A stretch of DNA of 64,000 bases from Mizuhopecten yessoensis (GCF_002113885.1 NW_018404865.1:382255-446254); one strand, 5' to 3'. Shown: positions 20,300 to 34,569, counted from the stretch's first letter. Notes: generated by a model from the sequence alone, not told the origin. Translations and numbers: made by a program.

Positions 20300-22445
20300 A
20301 ATTCTACTGTATGACCCTGTATGGCCTGAATGTGTTGATTGGTCGTTTAGTCTACTACTATATGACTCTGTATGGCCTTAATGTGTTGATGGGCCGTTAA
20401 GATGTGCCGTTAAGTATATGGTATAATCCTGTATGGTATTAATGTGTTGAAGGGCCGTTAAGATGTGCCGTTTAGTTTACTGTATGGCCCTGTATTGTCT
20501 TAATGTGTTGATGTGCCTTTAAGTCTACTTTATGAATTGTATGGACTTAATTCATTGATGTACTGTTAAGTCAACTGTATGACCCCGTACAGACTTATTG
20601 TTTTGATGTGCCGTTAAGTCTACGGTATGAACATGTGTGGAGTATGTGTGTTAATGTGCCGTTAAGTTTACTGTATGATATGTACATACTTAATGTGTTA
20701 ATGTACTGTTAAGTCTTCTGTATGATATGTACATACTTAATGTGTTGATGTGACGTTAAGTCTACTGTATGATATGTACATACTTAACGGCACATCAACA
20801 CATTAAGTATGTCCATATCATACAGTAGACTTAACGGCACATCAACACGTTAAGTATGTACATATCATACAGAAGACTTAACGGCACATCAGCACATTAA
20901 GTATGTACATATCATACAGTAGACTAAACGGCACATCAACACATTAAATATGTACATATCATACAGAAGACTTAACGGCACATCAGCACATTAAGTATGT
21001 ACATATCATACAGTAGACTAAACGGCACATCAACACATTAAATATGTACATATCATACAGAAGACTTAACGGCACATCAACACATTAAGAATGTACATAT
21101 CATACAGTAGACTTAACGGCACATCGACATATTAAGTATGTACATATCATACAGTAGACTTAATGTGTTGATGTGCCGTTAAGTCTATTGTATGATATGT
21201 ACATACTTAATTTGTTGATGTGCCGTTAAGTCTACTGTATGATATGTACATACTTAATATGTCGATGTGCCGTTAAGTCTACTGTATGATATGTAAATAC
21301 TTAATGTGTTGATGGGCCGTTAAGTATACTGTATGATATGTACATACTTAATGTGTTGATGTGACGTTAAGTCTACTGTATGATATGTACATACTTAATG
21401 CGTTGATGTGCCGTTAAGTCTACTGTATGATATGTACATTCTTAATGTGTTAATGTACTGTTAAGTCTTCTGTATGATATGTACATACTTTATGTGTTGA
21501 TGTGCCGTTAAGTCTACTGTATGAAATGTACATACTTAATATGTTGATGTGCCGTTAAGTCTACTGTATGATATGTACATATTCAATGTGTTGATGTGCC
21601 GTTAAGTCTACTGTATGATATGTACATACTTAATGTGTTGATGTGCCGTAAAGTGTACTGTATGATATGTACATACTTAATGTGTTGATGTGCCGTTAAG
21701 TGTACTGTATGATATGTACATATTTAATGTGTTGATGTGCCGTTAAGTCTATTGTATGATATGTACATACTTAGTGTGTTGATGTGCCGTTAAGTGTACT
21801 GTATGATATGTACATAGTTAATGTGTTGATGTGCCGTTTAGTCTACTGTATGATATGTACTTACTGAATGTGTTGATGTGCCGTTAAGTCCACTGTATGA
21901 TATGTACATACTTTATGTGTTGATGTGCTGTTAAGTCTACTGTATGATATGCTCATACTTTATGTGTTGATGTGCCGTTAAGTGTACTGTATGATATGTA
22001 CATACTTAATGTGTTGATGTGCCGTTAAGTCTACTGTATGGCCCTGTATGAGTCTACTGTATGGCCCTGTATCAGTCTACAGTATGGCCCTGTATGAGTC
22101 TACAGTATGGCCCTTATGGACTTAATGTGTTGATGTGCTGTTAAGTCTACTGTATGATATGCACATACTTTATGTGTTGATGTGCTGTTAAGTCTACTGT
22201 ATGATATGTACATACTTAATGTGTTGATGTGCTGTTAAGTCTACTGTATGATATGTACATACTTAATGTGTTGATGTGCTGTTAAGTCTACTGTATGATA
22301 TGTACATACTTAATGTGTTGATGTGCTGTTAAGTCTACTGTATGATATGCACATACTTAATGTGTTGATGTGCCGTTAAGTCTACTGTATGCATACTTAA
22401 TGTGTTGATGGGTAGTTTAGTCAAAAGTATGATCCTGTATGACCT
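20300..22445. repeat. 47-bp tandem satellite (~40 copies) with an internal inverted block and degenerate edges
   Basis: Unit TGTATGATATGTACATACTTAATGTGTTGATGTGCCGTTAAGTCTAC; reverse-complement orientation between ~20782 and 21163. Confidence 0.95.
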
Positions 22446-22854
22446 GTGGTATATAATACCATATATCTTTCAATGTCACATATGATGTCAACACTCAATG
22501 TAGTTATCTACACGCTTGCAACTTTTTCCAGTGGAAAATTACTGTACGCATATCTCAATTACGGTTTAATTACAGTTTAATACAAGTTTGTAACAATTCA
22601 ATTACAGACTAGAGTGACGACATGTTAAAGTAAGGCGCGTCGTCATTGGGATCCCGTTAACGAACGGCACGTTGTTGTTTTTTTCCTATATTACCATCTT
22701 GTATGAAGAACTAGACTTAAGGTCAGACCACACAGTCTGGTTCAGAAATAATCGACAACATATCTTGATCCGTTGCTAATGATGGGATGTCTGCAAGTAA
22801 GCAACTTTTTTCTTCCTAATGTCTCCCTTGACAGCGCCTCACTTTTGACCTTTA

Positions 22855-23170
22855 TTTAAGCGTTCACGCCTGTGAGGAAGGCTTTGGGTTCTGTCCCCTG
22901 GCCGAGATATTTCAGAGTCTGTAAAAATGGTAGTTTCTACTCCTGCTTAACGCTCAGCAATTTAGGAGTGGTACGACGGGTTTGCCGGGTGGATTGTCCT
23001 GCTGGATGTCTTCGGCAGTATGTTTCAGTGAGGTCGGCATCAGTTCCGCGCTATCACAAGGAGACAAACACGAACATATCGCAGACTCTCAACACACACA
23101 CGCATACACTACACACATGTATTTTGCACACAGGGGAGGCTGTCCTTAAATGATCATAGCTAAACGTTTA
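22855..23170 (+). mobile_element. SINE (family B, Meta-domain-like core)
   Basis: Homologous to the inverted copy at 38578..38930 (AAAAATGGTAG..CTGCTTAACG.CA.GCA, GCTATCACAAGGAG, CA-rich tract, GTCCTTAAATG tail). Confidence 0.7.
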
Positions 23171-23338
23171 CAATGTATCTCTGCTTCCAACCTTAAACAT
23201 GATATGAGCAAGTTCAAAAAGAAAACAGCAAGGTTCAAACATGCTAAATCCAAGTTCAAATGCACGTTATAACTATTGAACGGAATACATGTAGTTTTAA
23301 TCTGCCTAACGGTATAGATGTTTAAAAATCAGTGAATG

Positions 23339-23781
23339 AGTAGTAGGAAAGTACCGCTTTTGGCACAGGGTATTTAAGTGCACTCCCCTATATGATCCTT
23401 ACCACCTCCCTGGCACCCCCAAAGTTGCACCCCCCTTCGGCAGGGGGGTACCGATCGATGACGTCACAGGGGGGTTCTCATGTATTTGGGGTTTTCCTGA
23501 CTGAATCTATTTATAGCGACAACCTATACGAGGGGGTACCGATCGATGATGTCATAGGGGTTTCTCATGTGTTGTTGTTGTTTATGTTGCTGCTGCTGCT
23601 GCTGGGTAAATACAGCATATACCGGCTGCTTCATAGTGTCTATGAAGGATGGTTGCTGCTTAGTGGCACCCCCTACCGAAGGGGGGTGCCACTAGCTATA
23701 GGGGTACCAGGGAAGTTGTAAGGATTACATAGGAGACTGCACTCAATGACCCTGTGCCAGAAGCGGTACTTTTGTACTACT
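23339..23781. mobile_element. MITE with ~100-bp terminal inverted repeats
   Basis: Left AGTAGTAGGAAAGTACCGCTTTTGGCACAGGGT..GCACCCCCCTTCGGCAGGGGG mirrors right CCCCCTACCGAAGGGGGGTGC..ACCCTGTGCCAGAAGCGGTACTTTTGTACTACT; internal direct repeat GGGGTACCGATCGATGA(C/T)GTCA. Confidence 0.85.
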
Positions 23782-25209
23782 TAAATGTATGGTAATGGTT
23801 ATCTACGTGTGTAAAAGAAAAACACTTTGTCACCGCAATCATCTCGGCCAGTCTTGTTATCGCAATGTGACCAAAAATAAGTTGATAGCAGAAATATTTC
23901 CTCAAAATACTCAATATTATTTACGGTGTTATTGTGTTGATATCGTCGGTGCAAACGATATTACTGGCACAGCTGAACGTCACCCAAATGTTTGCTTGTT
24001 AAATTATTTACGAGGCAAAAGGAGAAGCTTTAAAATAACACTGATCCAAATGAGTTTATCTTTTGCTCGTTATGTTTATATAGGAACTTACAGCGGGATT
24101 GTAAAAGTATGCAGATTAGTCTTAGCACAGTACAATTGTATAAAACGAACTTCATACAAAAAACGGTTTGTACGGAGAAATAGAAATTTGTAATCAGTGA
24201 AACAACCACATAAAAAGCATACCAAACTAAATAATAAAAAAGTTAAATCTGAGACAAAATAAAGTTAAATGGACACCAAACAGTTCAAATATATACAACA
24301 CTAATTGGCAGGACTAAATTCGTTTTTTTCACTGTCAAACGGTCAAAGTTTAAAGGCAACCGAATTCAAACAAACGTATATTTGTAGCAAATTAAGTTCA
24401 ACCAGAAGCCTAACGAAGTTCAATAAGAAAAGCAATAATCGGACAAAGCCGATTTCCATTTCCTTCTGTTATCCTGTGTGACCTTATCTATATCACGTGA
24501 CCCTATATGACCTCTGTTAATAAAGGTCGTCGATAGTTCTAATCAGCCAATGTCAGTTGTAAGACGGCCATTTGCTGTCCATGGTGTACAAGTCGCTCAA
24601 GTTCGGTGGTCATTTTTTCGGACGAATGGCCGAACGGTTATAAGTGCAGTCCAGTGTAAAATCATTGTTCCACTAACCGTGACCAGTACTGGTGACCATG
24701 CGGGGGATGGACATACTGACCACACATTGGCGCATGCGTATATTCGAACAGTTAAGGTACACGCCACCGCTGGTCAAGGCTTCGAGTACTGTAATTCATT
24801 AAACATATGTCGTATAAAAGTCGGAAACATGTCAGTAAGGAGATGACAAAAAAATGCTGATTTACGTACTCGTTGTAAATAAACTTACAGCAAAAGAAAT
24901 ATTTCAGGATTGAGATGGATATTCTGCACATTCATGAAGAATGGAAGTCAAAACGCGATACGTGTAGTTGCCACACTGGAAAATACATATTTTACAGAAA
25001 CCAAATGTCAACAACGTTCTAAATCTGTTATATTTGACCACCTTTTTAATTAAAACTGTTCTCACTTTAATCAACAATGTGAGAGTGCCGTTCATGAGTG
25101 ATATGTTACTAGTTACATATTTTTATTTTTAAAGTAATAGGAAGGTATATATAAACTTTATTTATGCTACAAACATTATGAAACAAGTTATTTCAACTTA
25201 GATAAATCA

Positions 25210-25390
25210 CTCGTGTTGGCCCGGATGTGAGTGTACTGCATGGGGTTTTTAACGTGCAATGTGTAAGGAAACTGGAGGGCCCGGGGAAATCTCACGTGGT
25301 CTGTCGCGTGAACCCCATACTTGTTGGAATCATACCCCGGTCGCCTTGATGAAAGCTGAGTGAGTTATCCACTGCGCCATCCGACTACCC
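25210..25390 (-). mobile_element. tRNA-derived SINE (family A)
   Basis: Reverse complement GGATGGCGCAGTGGATAA..GCTTTCATCAAGGCG..TTTCCCCGGGCCCTCCAGTTTCC..ACATCCGGGCCAACACGAG matches 4005..4200. Confidence 0.65.
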
Positions 25391-25959
25391 GAAGGTAGGT
25401 AGATAAGAAGGCACATATACCGTACACACTGAGACGTGTATCCTATTGTTTCGCGTTTAACTAGTGTAAGATACCGCAAAACATCCGAGTATCGGAGATT
25501 GTTAGGAAAGTCTAGGTCTTTAAAACGAAACAAACAAAAAAGACATTATACCTTCCGACGTCAAGAATGTGTGTAGAGTAATATTAAACAACCATATCCG
25601 TACCGGCTATCTACAATCTCACAACCGTTGTAGAAAAACAAATTGTATTACTTACTTTGCAATCGAAGACAACAAAACACTAATAAAGATTTGGATTTCA
25701 GAATTGCTACGCAAAAAACAAATAAACCCATTTGTTTGTAAACAGGGATTCAGTGAATCCACAAAGCCGACTGCCAAACCCAACTTATACAATCTTTTTC
25801 GAGAAATCTGTGCATCTATTCAAGATATTCTTGCTGATTTTATGACTTTTACACTAATAAGCAGGAATACTTCTTGCAGTAAATATGGGTATAAAACGCT
25901 GTTTACCAGTTAAACAGTACTACAGGCCGTTAAAGTATAACATTATAGTATACTAGAAA

Positions 25960-26280
25960 ATAACCTGGTAATCATGCAATGATCAAAAGCTAACATAATG
26001 CATAGAGTCTCGCTATCGATTTTATAAAAATGAAAGTTTTCACTGGTTATTCAAGATACATATTTGCATTAAAAACAAGGTAACACAACAACAAATGACT
26101 TGGTAATTTTACAATGATCAAAAGTTAGGAACAAGTCTACCTTCTCGCCATCGAATCTATAAAAACAAAAGTTAATTTTGCTTTATAAACAAGGTTACAT
26201 CACAAAAATGACTTGGTAAACTTGCAATGATCAAAAGTTAGCACGTAAAGCGTCTTGCTACTAATTATATAGAACAAGGT
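25960..26280. repeat. Degenerate tandem repeat, ~3 copies of ~120-130 bp
   Basis: Recurring (C/T)TGGTAA..CAATGATCAAAAG(C/T)TA..TCTCGC.ATCGA at ~25965, 26100, 26213. Confidence 0.6.
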
Positions 26281-29179
26281 CATATCACTCTGCCATATGA
26301 ATACTACATGTTCATTTTGCACTCGTATTTGGAAAATCACCAATTCCTGTGAAAGTCCATTTCAAATATGGCCTCCCTCAATGATTATTCTGTAAAACGT
26401 CCCGTTTTGTGTTTTCAGTCAATAAGGTTACGTGTAAGGAAAATAAAAAGCCAATAAAAAAACAGCATATTATTACCCGAATCACTTTTAAAACTAGGGT
26501 ACAGTAACTACATATTATGTAGAAAATATTAACCCTCGGGCTCAACATCCTAGAATAAATTACCGACATCTACATATCCGTATTAAATACCTGCATAACC
26601 ATTCTGATTATTGAAAGAAAATTCGTTACAAAAAGGCCAATGATAATACACTAGCTGCCCTGACCTTAACCTTTTCACGTGTACCCTAACGAGCTGCATA
26701 TATTATAAAGGTTCACATATACTGTACAAACTAATTAATGTTGTGTGGCCGACAGGTATGCTGGCCAGGTAACGTATTTACCTGTATCAATATGAACAAA
26801 AACAGGTGTAAACAGATAAACATAGATTCATTCATATCGCATTAGTTTGTCATTATCGTAATAAAAACTGTTTTTGTATATTTTTTTGTGCTATAGTCTT
26901 CCTTCATTACAGAAACAAAGACATAAAAGAGAAACAACATGATGTATCGTACGTAACCTATTTTTTTTTTTGGCAGACTGAAATAGTTCTTTTGTTTGTA
27001 ACTGATGCTACAGTTGGGAGAATACTTCATTTACAATTCATCATATTCTATTATATAAGATGTCTGGATGGATTTCTCATGTCGTAAACAAAAAAGGGAT
27101 AAAAACAAATCGTATGTCTTGATTCCCATGATGATTTAATTGATAGCCCTTCCTTCAAAAACAAACTTTGGGCAAATCAGTGCTAGTGCATATTTAAGGA
27201 ATGACCAAGACATTTTTTCGGTATATACCGTTTTTTCATATACCCAAAAAAATATTATGGGGAAAATAGGCAAAATATAATTATATATGTTTAGCATTAA
27301 AACTTTGATAGCCTTGCTCAAGCCCGACATGTGTCATCGATTCCCGCTTATGTGCTTATTCAAAGAAATCCTCGCGAGCTCAGGAAGGATTAGCAGAAGA
27401 TGGTAGAAGAACTAGAGGAATTGGAGAAGGGGAATGGAAGGGGAATGGAAGGGGATATAAGGGGGGAGGGGGGGCGGTGCTCTCCTCCTTGATACAGTCT
27501 CAATACTTTTTTGCTTTTCCCCGTTCACTAACGTTTGTTGAATATTGTATTGGGATTGTACCCTGGTATACATTGAGTTAAAATCTCTATCCCGACGAGT
27601 CCAAAGTGACGTTGCCCAAAAGTCGGAGATCCCTGTACAGTCGGAAGTGATGTCATAGAAACCATTTCACCCTCACGTGACTAAAGTATAATAAATACAA
27701 AACAAACACGACGATATTAGAACATGCTCCAACACACAGCATCCTAAATCATGCTGAACGTCCCAATGATCCGAGTATGCATGTAGCTATGACTAACATG
27801 TTGATAGATGGGAGGTCATCTGTACACTACCGAAACAAAACAAACACGTACAACATGCCTCAAACGGACACATCTTGACCTACCAAAATAAAACGTGATA
27901 TTGTGTGACCGCAGTGTAAGCATTACGACGTCTGCTGTATACGCAGTGTATGACATCCCGCCTAGCAACGTCACGTATGGAGGAGGGGCCGTTTTACTCA
28001 GAGGGGAGCTTCTTATATCATGGTCATGATTTTTGTGTAATTATACTTCCGCGTGTCGACATGATTTTGATTTGGACATGATTTGCGAAGTGTCAAATTA
28101 TTTACTGTTATTTATATTTAACATGTTTGTCGAAATACAAGCTCCCGAGAGCTTATGTTAAATTGTTCACCTTATTTCACGTTTACTAAAGCTTCTTGTA
28201 TCTTGTATCTTGGTTGTCAACAGATTCTAGTTGTATAATTGACAAATTGGTTCAATATAAGATAATATTGTCCGAGATAATTTGCCTAAAATGTTAACTC
28301 GTAATTTTAAGTAGCTAACTTTGTTAGTGTGGGGTAAATACTCGGGTCTGACATCCACTTACCACTTATAAATCTAGTTAAATATATTACTGATGTACGA
28401 ATTTCAAAACGTGCCTTAATGGTGAGTAATCCTAACAAGGGTAAGCTAGTTATATAGATCATATCATAAATGTATTAACATCTTCTGGTTTTGTGACAAC
28501 ATTCTTTTTTTTTAACTTTTAATCGTTATGTGGTTGCAATATATATATTTTTGTTTGTTCTATGAGTAATACAGAAGGGTAAAAGTGAGGCGTGTATGGC
28601 CAAACTCTGTAAATCGTGGAGAGGCTTTATGAAAATAGTTGAAGCAGAAGACAGATGCCGGTAACTCACGTGCATCATTAACATCCGTGACGTAAATACA
28701 TTCTTGTAATGACCTCATATTAAAACGCATTATAGCAACAATAAAAACCGACACGTTTTCATTTTCAAAAAATTATTCTAACTCGAAATTAGCATTAAAG
28801 AGAACATGGACTATTTGTTACACACGAAGACGTGACAGAGTAAAATGGCCTTTAACTTACGTCTCCCTAAATCCTATTTATTTAAAAGGCATATAGATAC
28901 ACTGTGTAGAGTACCTGGTTGTGACGTTTACAACTATTGTAATTTACATGACGCCACCATTAATACTGATGAAGTGATCACATCCGGTATGAAATAGCAG
29001 CTCCTAATTACATCATTCTGCGATAATGAGCAATTAAATTGGCTTGAATGTATTCTTATTCCTTTTTTTGGAAGGAATTAAATAAGGATTTTATTACAAA
29101 AGTATGATTAAAATCAACAAACTCCGTATACGAGTTTAACTTTATTTACCCTTTTTTACTTGTAGTTATTGAAAATTGG

Positions 29180-29860
29180 TATATAAAGATATAAACGGAT
29201 GGTATATAAAGACAGATGGTATATAAAGACATGTGGTAGATAAAGACGGATGGTAGATAAAGCTGGTTGTTTATAAAGACATGTGGTTTGAATAGACAGA
29301 TGGTATATATATATACAAGTGGTAGTTATAGACAGGTGGTATTTATAGACAGGTGGTAGTTATGGACGGATGGTAGATATATACAGGTGGTAGTAATAGA
29401 TAGGTGGTGTATATTGACAGGTGGTTTATATAGACAGGTGGTAGATAAAGACAGTTGGTATTTTAAGACAGGTGCTAGTTATAGGCAGTTGTTAGTTATA
29501 GGCAGGTGTTAGATATAGACAGGTGTTAGTTATAGACAGGTGTCAGTTAAAGAAAGGTGTTAGTTATAGACAGGTGTTAGATATAGACAGGTGTTAGTTA
29601 TAGACAGGTGTTAGATATAGACAGGTGTTAGTTATAGACAGGTGTCAGTTATAGAAAGGTGTTAGTTATTGACAGGTGTTAGTTATTGACAGGTGTTAGT
29701 GATAGGCAGGTGTTAGATATAGACAGGTGTTAGTTATAGACAGGTGTCAGTTAAAGAAAGGTGTTAGTTATTGACAGGTGTTAGTGATAGACAGGTGGTA
29801 GGTATAGACAGGTGTCAGTTATTGACAGGTGTTAGTGATAGACAGGTGGTAGGTATATAA
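29180..29860. repeat. 17-bp minisatellite with a divergence gradient
   Basis: Unit ATAGACAGGTGTTAGTT, grading from GGTATATAAAGACAGAT variants on the left. Confidence 0.93.
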
Positions 29861-32329
29861 TGGGTGTAAATAGCACGTGTCTGTCTCCTGCCTGTCTATT
29901 ACAATCACTGTTTTGTTTACTATTTCCTGTCTATATTTAAATTCAAAAGTTTAAAACTGTTCCAAATCACTCTTATTTAACTTACCATCCTTTCTGTAAA
30001 TTTTGCCCCTCCATTATCTTGCTTTCATACTAGTAGAAAAGTCCACACATTCAGTCGTAAATAACTCTGTTGCGGCACGTATTCTGGGTAGCGAAAAAAA
30101 TAAGTCAGAAAATAAAATTCAGATTAATATTACACTTCATTACAGTATTCCGTGAAACGTCTAGTGAACAATTATTCATTCTTTATTTTGTATTAAAATA
30201 TAATTGATGTTCGGGTCTGTGTTACGTGCCAGGCAGATATATCTTGTCACATTTAAAATTCAATATTTGTACATTTAAAAGGTTTCAAACGATTTCTATG
30301 AATTTTATTTTTTTTCGTTCCATTTCCGTTATGAAATTATTAGCGAAACACGATTACATGCTAAAAAAAATACAATTAACGTGAATTATGTATAAAATTT
30401 GTAATATCTGTGACATATTTCTCAAGAATAATTTATTATAGCCTCAATCGTTTACATTTTAAGTGCGATTTTGTTAATTGACTGACATAAATCATTGCAA
30501 TTGATGTATGTTTCATAACAAGAGATCAAATCATATCTAACGGATCATGTCTGTTTAGGCAGAAACGACGCGGTAGGCGCCCGTAACATCCCGTCACAAG
30601 AACGTAAAACGGCAATGAAGAGGATCGGACAATGATGTATTTTACAAATAAAATCTTGACCACATATCTCGATTGACGGTAGTTCGTATCGGTCACTCAT
30701 TCACGCGCTACTGTTTTCCTACATTGTAAGAGTAACACAATAATCGGCTGTCTGAATGACGTTATTGATCCGTCAATATATTTTCGATATGTTGTGTATG
30801 GTATAAAATATGCGTCGTAATCATAATGAACTGAATACAAGGTATGGAATTTCAAATATCCGTGTGACTGTAGGAAAAACCCTACTCGAATGCTCTAAAT
30901 TTCGCAAGTATTTTCGCCAAATTTGTGACTCTTGATCAGATAATTTCTGAGTTAGTGTAATCTGTATTTCTTTCTTAATAACAGCGTTACCTTTCATTTA
31001 TATCAAATGTTCGCTTGAAAACAGAAGCTGGAATAACCTAATAAAGTTAATATAAATCCGATACAGTTCGTGCTAAACGACGTAAAAAGTAGGTGGACAG
31101 CATAGCATAAAACAGATAGAATTTAATAAGAAAATAAAGATTTTCTATCTTTGCGAGACACAAAAGGGTAGGGAAGGTGCTGCATTCAAAATCTTTACTG
31201 ATGATAACGGTTAGATTCAAGCTAAAATATTTTCGTAAAAGCTCAACAAGTCTGTATTCTAAGGTATCAGCGATAACGTGTTTAACACAAGAGAAGATAA
31301 GCTGAGCGGGAGGCGGGNTACGATCATGCAGTGTGACACAGCACGCCTACTTTCCCCGAACCTGCACGGATAATGGGCGACGGAATTTGCAAGACATTGC
31401 CTTCTGGGTGTTTTATTTTATTATTTATATAAATATGTTTTTAAATGATTTTGAACTTCAGGATCACGAAGTGGCCAATTACATAGAAAAGGGGGTGACA
31501 CATATCACCTTTCAATAAATTTATCTTTTGAAAGAGTTGAAATGAAGTTCGACTTATTGAATGATGTACAGTTATTATGACAACGGACTTTTTTTCTTTT
31601 TTTTATTATATTTTCAAAATTTTATGACATAACATATATATAAATATACATACAATGTACATGGGCGTCAATAATCGCCTTTAAATAATGTACATACTGC
31701 TCAAAATATTCTATCAAGTATCAGTATTCGTCCTACATATATATTAACAAATAAGTATAAATTCACATTTTGATATACAAAAATAAACTTCCGGATATTC
31801 TTGTCCGTACTCTATTCTATGACAACGGACTTAGTCATCAACGACAGGTGCAAATTAATCCACCACCTCAACTCGTGAGTTGGCTGATTTATTTCAAAAA
31901 CATGCAAAATCGTGTGGCCATTGCTAATTTTGAATAAAGTTCCAATTAAGTCCACAACGCCCCAATTGTTCTCAGAGGGTTCTTTATCATACCTTACTGA
32001 AATCCATAAATTTAGTACCGTTTAATTAGAAAAGAAATCTCAGTTCTTATCTTAGAGATTTAAATGTAGTTCCAGTTTAAATTCAATATCAATCAAATCT
32101 ATAACCTTATAAAGAAAGTGTGACTCTTTTCATTCTATTTAAGGTGTTTTAATTTTATTAAATATTCATCACGAAGAATTAACTTACTAAATATTCATTG
32201 CATAGATTTGAATGGAATTTCAGATTTCAGATTTTTATTTTTCTCAGACATACAAAGTATGTAACAAGAGGTCAATATGTATCATATCCATATATACATG
32301 GCGGATAACAAAGGCATAAAGGCTACAAA

Positions 32330-32610
32330 CTAATTACATACATTCAATAGCTTTTCAAGGTTTTTCTAGAAATTTGCTAACATTTGATAAAACCTTTACA
32401 TTGCATATAATAAATAGTCTACGCATTTTTAAAAGGCTAGGTAAAGTATAGTAGTAATTTGGAATAAAAAGTTGTCTTATTTGTTTAACAGATACGTGTT
32501 CGCACTTAAATAGATAATGATATTCATCACCAATTTCATTAAAACATAGATTACAAGTTCTGTTTTCTTTTGGTATTCCAATCCATCTTCCAGGTTCTAC
32601 AGTAAAACAT
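32330..32610 (-). mobile_element. 5'-truncated LINE remnant (ORF2 C-terminal CCHC region)
   Basis: Minus-strand translation VEPGRWIGIPKENRTCNLCFNEIGDEYHYLFKCEHVSVKQIRQLFIP matches the E-x-GR..R-x-C-x2-C..DE-x-H..C motif at the end of non-LTR retrotransposon ORF2; frameshifted downstream. Confidence 0.75.
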
Positions 32611-32873
32611 CTATATATCTATAATGTAATGTCCGGTGTGGTCACTACACAGATAAACCTAAATAGAGAGGTATCTTCTGTCGCACGTCACTATATATTC
32701 GAGCGTCGCATTTTGTTTTAATATAATAGTCTGTATTTATCATAATACATCAATAAATGTATTTTATTACACGCATTTGCATGGTTTCTGAGCTTATTCT
32801 GGTAGTTGGAATGAAAGAAAAATACTCTTCCATGCGCAGGGGTGTAAGATATATTCCATAATAATTATAATAT

Positions 32874-32985
32874 AATTCCACCCGAGGGGTTTTCAAATTT
32901 GGCAAAAACCGAGGCTACCAGATTTGAAAACCCCTCGGATGGAGCCTCGTGTTTTACCAATGTTGAAAACCACTCGGGTGGAATT
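32874..32985. mobile_element. Short inverted-repeat (hairpin) element
   Basis: AATTCCACCCGAGGGGTTTTCAA...TTGAAAACCACTCGGGTGGAATT, with an extra internal partial arm. Confidence 0.7.
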
Positions 32986-33649
32986 TTGCTAGATTTCCTC
33001 TATGTATGGTCATAGTGAATATCCTTGTATTGTAATTGTCTTTACTGCTATGTAAATAAATGTAATTCATTCGACCTTCCTGTGCTACATGTACACAGTA
33101 TCGTTCATTGCGCTATGTTGTACTAAAACATGGTATATAACTTTGATATTTTGCTGTGGTATCATAACCTATAATGTACATTGTAGTATATTATATATTA
33201 GTAAGTTATGGTATTAAAATGTACTGTTGTGATGTATGTCAATATATCGTGTTATAATGTATGTCATTGTAATATGCCGTATTGTATTGTCATTGTATAT
33301 CGTACTGTATTTAGTGTAAATTGATGTAGTTATAATATATAGCATTGTACCATTTTGATGTCTACTCGTCCTATTACTAATTAATTATGATTGAATTTTT
33401 GATAAGAGCATTGTATAACTAAAAATATCAATTCAATATTTATATGTAATTGAAACATACCTGGAATTATATCCCCTATACCATCTGCTATATATAGACT
33501 GGGGATTTATGCTTATTATTATATAAAATTTGCATCAATATTTTCTTACTGACCGTTTTATTCAGCTTTGTCTTTGTCATGTCAACCTAAGGAGAGAACT
33601 TATATAGGCCTAGCCTGCTTTTTTTTCCTATTGTTTACTCAATAAAATA

Positions 33650-33675
33650 TGATGAAATGAAATGAAATGAAATGA
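33650..33675. repeat. (AAATG)n microsatellite
   Basis: GATGAAATGAAATGAAATGAAATGAAA. Confidence 0.85.
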
Positions 33676-34569
33676 AAAATGTCTACTCGTCAATTTGTCC
33701 TATTGCACAAGGAGATCAGGAATCTGACTTGCTTTTTATTTTGACGGTTTTACGTCCGTTATTACGGCTTTCAGACTTTCAGCAGACGTGAAAAGATAGA
33801 AAAATGAAAATAGAAGGGAAAAATAATGTAGAGGAAGGAAAGATACGGAGAAGGTAGGGGCGGAGAAGATATGAGTCGTCTGTCCTAAAACGAAACTGAC
33901 ACAGAACATCGATACATATTTATAAGTTCGTTTGTCACAATACATAGTGTAGTAAAACCTCGATACAATGTCCTTCATTTATATAGTAACGATAAAACAA
34001 TAAAACATCAATAAAAAGTCCCAAGTTCTAGTAAAATCAACATTACAAGCCCCTTCACTCTCATCATACACTAAATTATCGATATAATGCCCATCTTTTG
34101 TCATTAAAGAGTAAAATATTTATATAACGCCATATAAGTGGAACTTTACTGAAAAGCCTTGATTAATATTGCCCGTCGTGTGTTACTATACAGTAAAACT
34201 TCGACATAACACACAATGTTTGTCACTAGAAATATACTTGTATTCAGAAAAAAAAGTCAACAACTTCGTATTCGTAGCCATAATCAAACCCTATTGGGAA
34301 CCTGAACTACAACGCTATTGTGAATACAAGGAATCGTATCGTTTGTTGCCGGACATATGTCGATTTATCAGTCATAATCAGTTGCCAGTTAGTCATAATG
34401 CTGCGAAAATGAAGAATAGTGTGTCTATGAACAACAACATGAAACAATAACATTTGTGCACGGTTACCTGTTTATTTCTTGCAACAGTTACACCTCGTCT
34501 AAAAAATACATAAATAATCCGCCATTTTGTTATATGTCTAGTAAGGACATCCGGTACGGAATCCGGAAA

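Noticed and set aside
20300-22445. CRISPR-like appearance of the 27-70 bp arrays (also 2070, 44070, 48991, 60065)
   Set aside because: Units are contiguous with no unique spacers, there are no cas genes, and the context is a spliced eukaryotic genome; they are minisatellites.
22872-23721. ORFs of 93 and 109 aa, one with a poly-Leu stretch
   Set aside because: They fall inside a SINE and a MITE; the poly-Leu comes from a (TGT/TGC)n microsatellite.
24550-25095. GC-richer patch with a 98-aa ORF and a minus-strand acceptor near 24976
   Set aside because: No recognisable domain or consistent exon chain in any frame.
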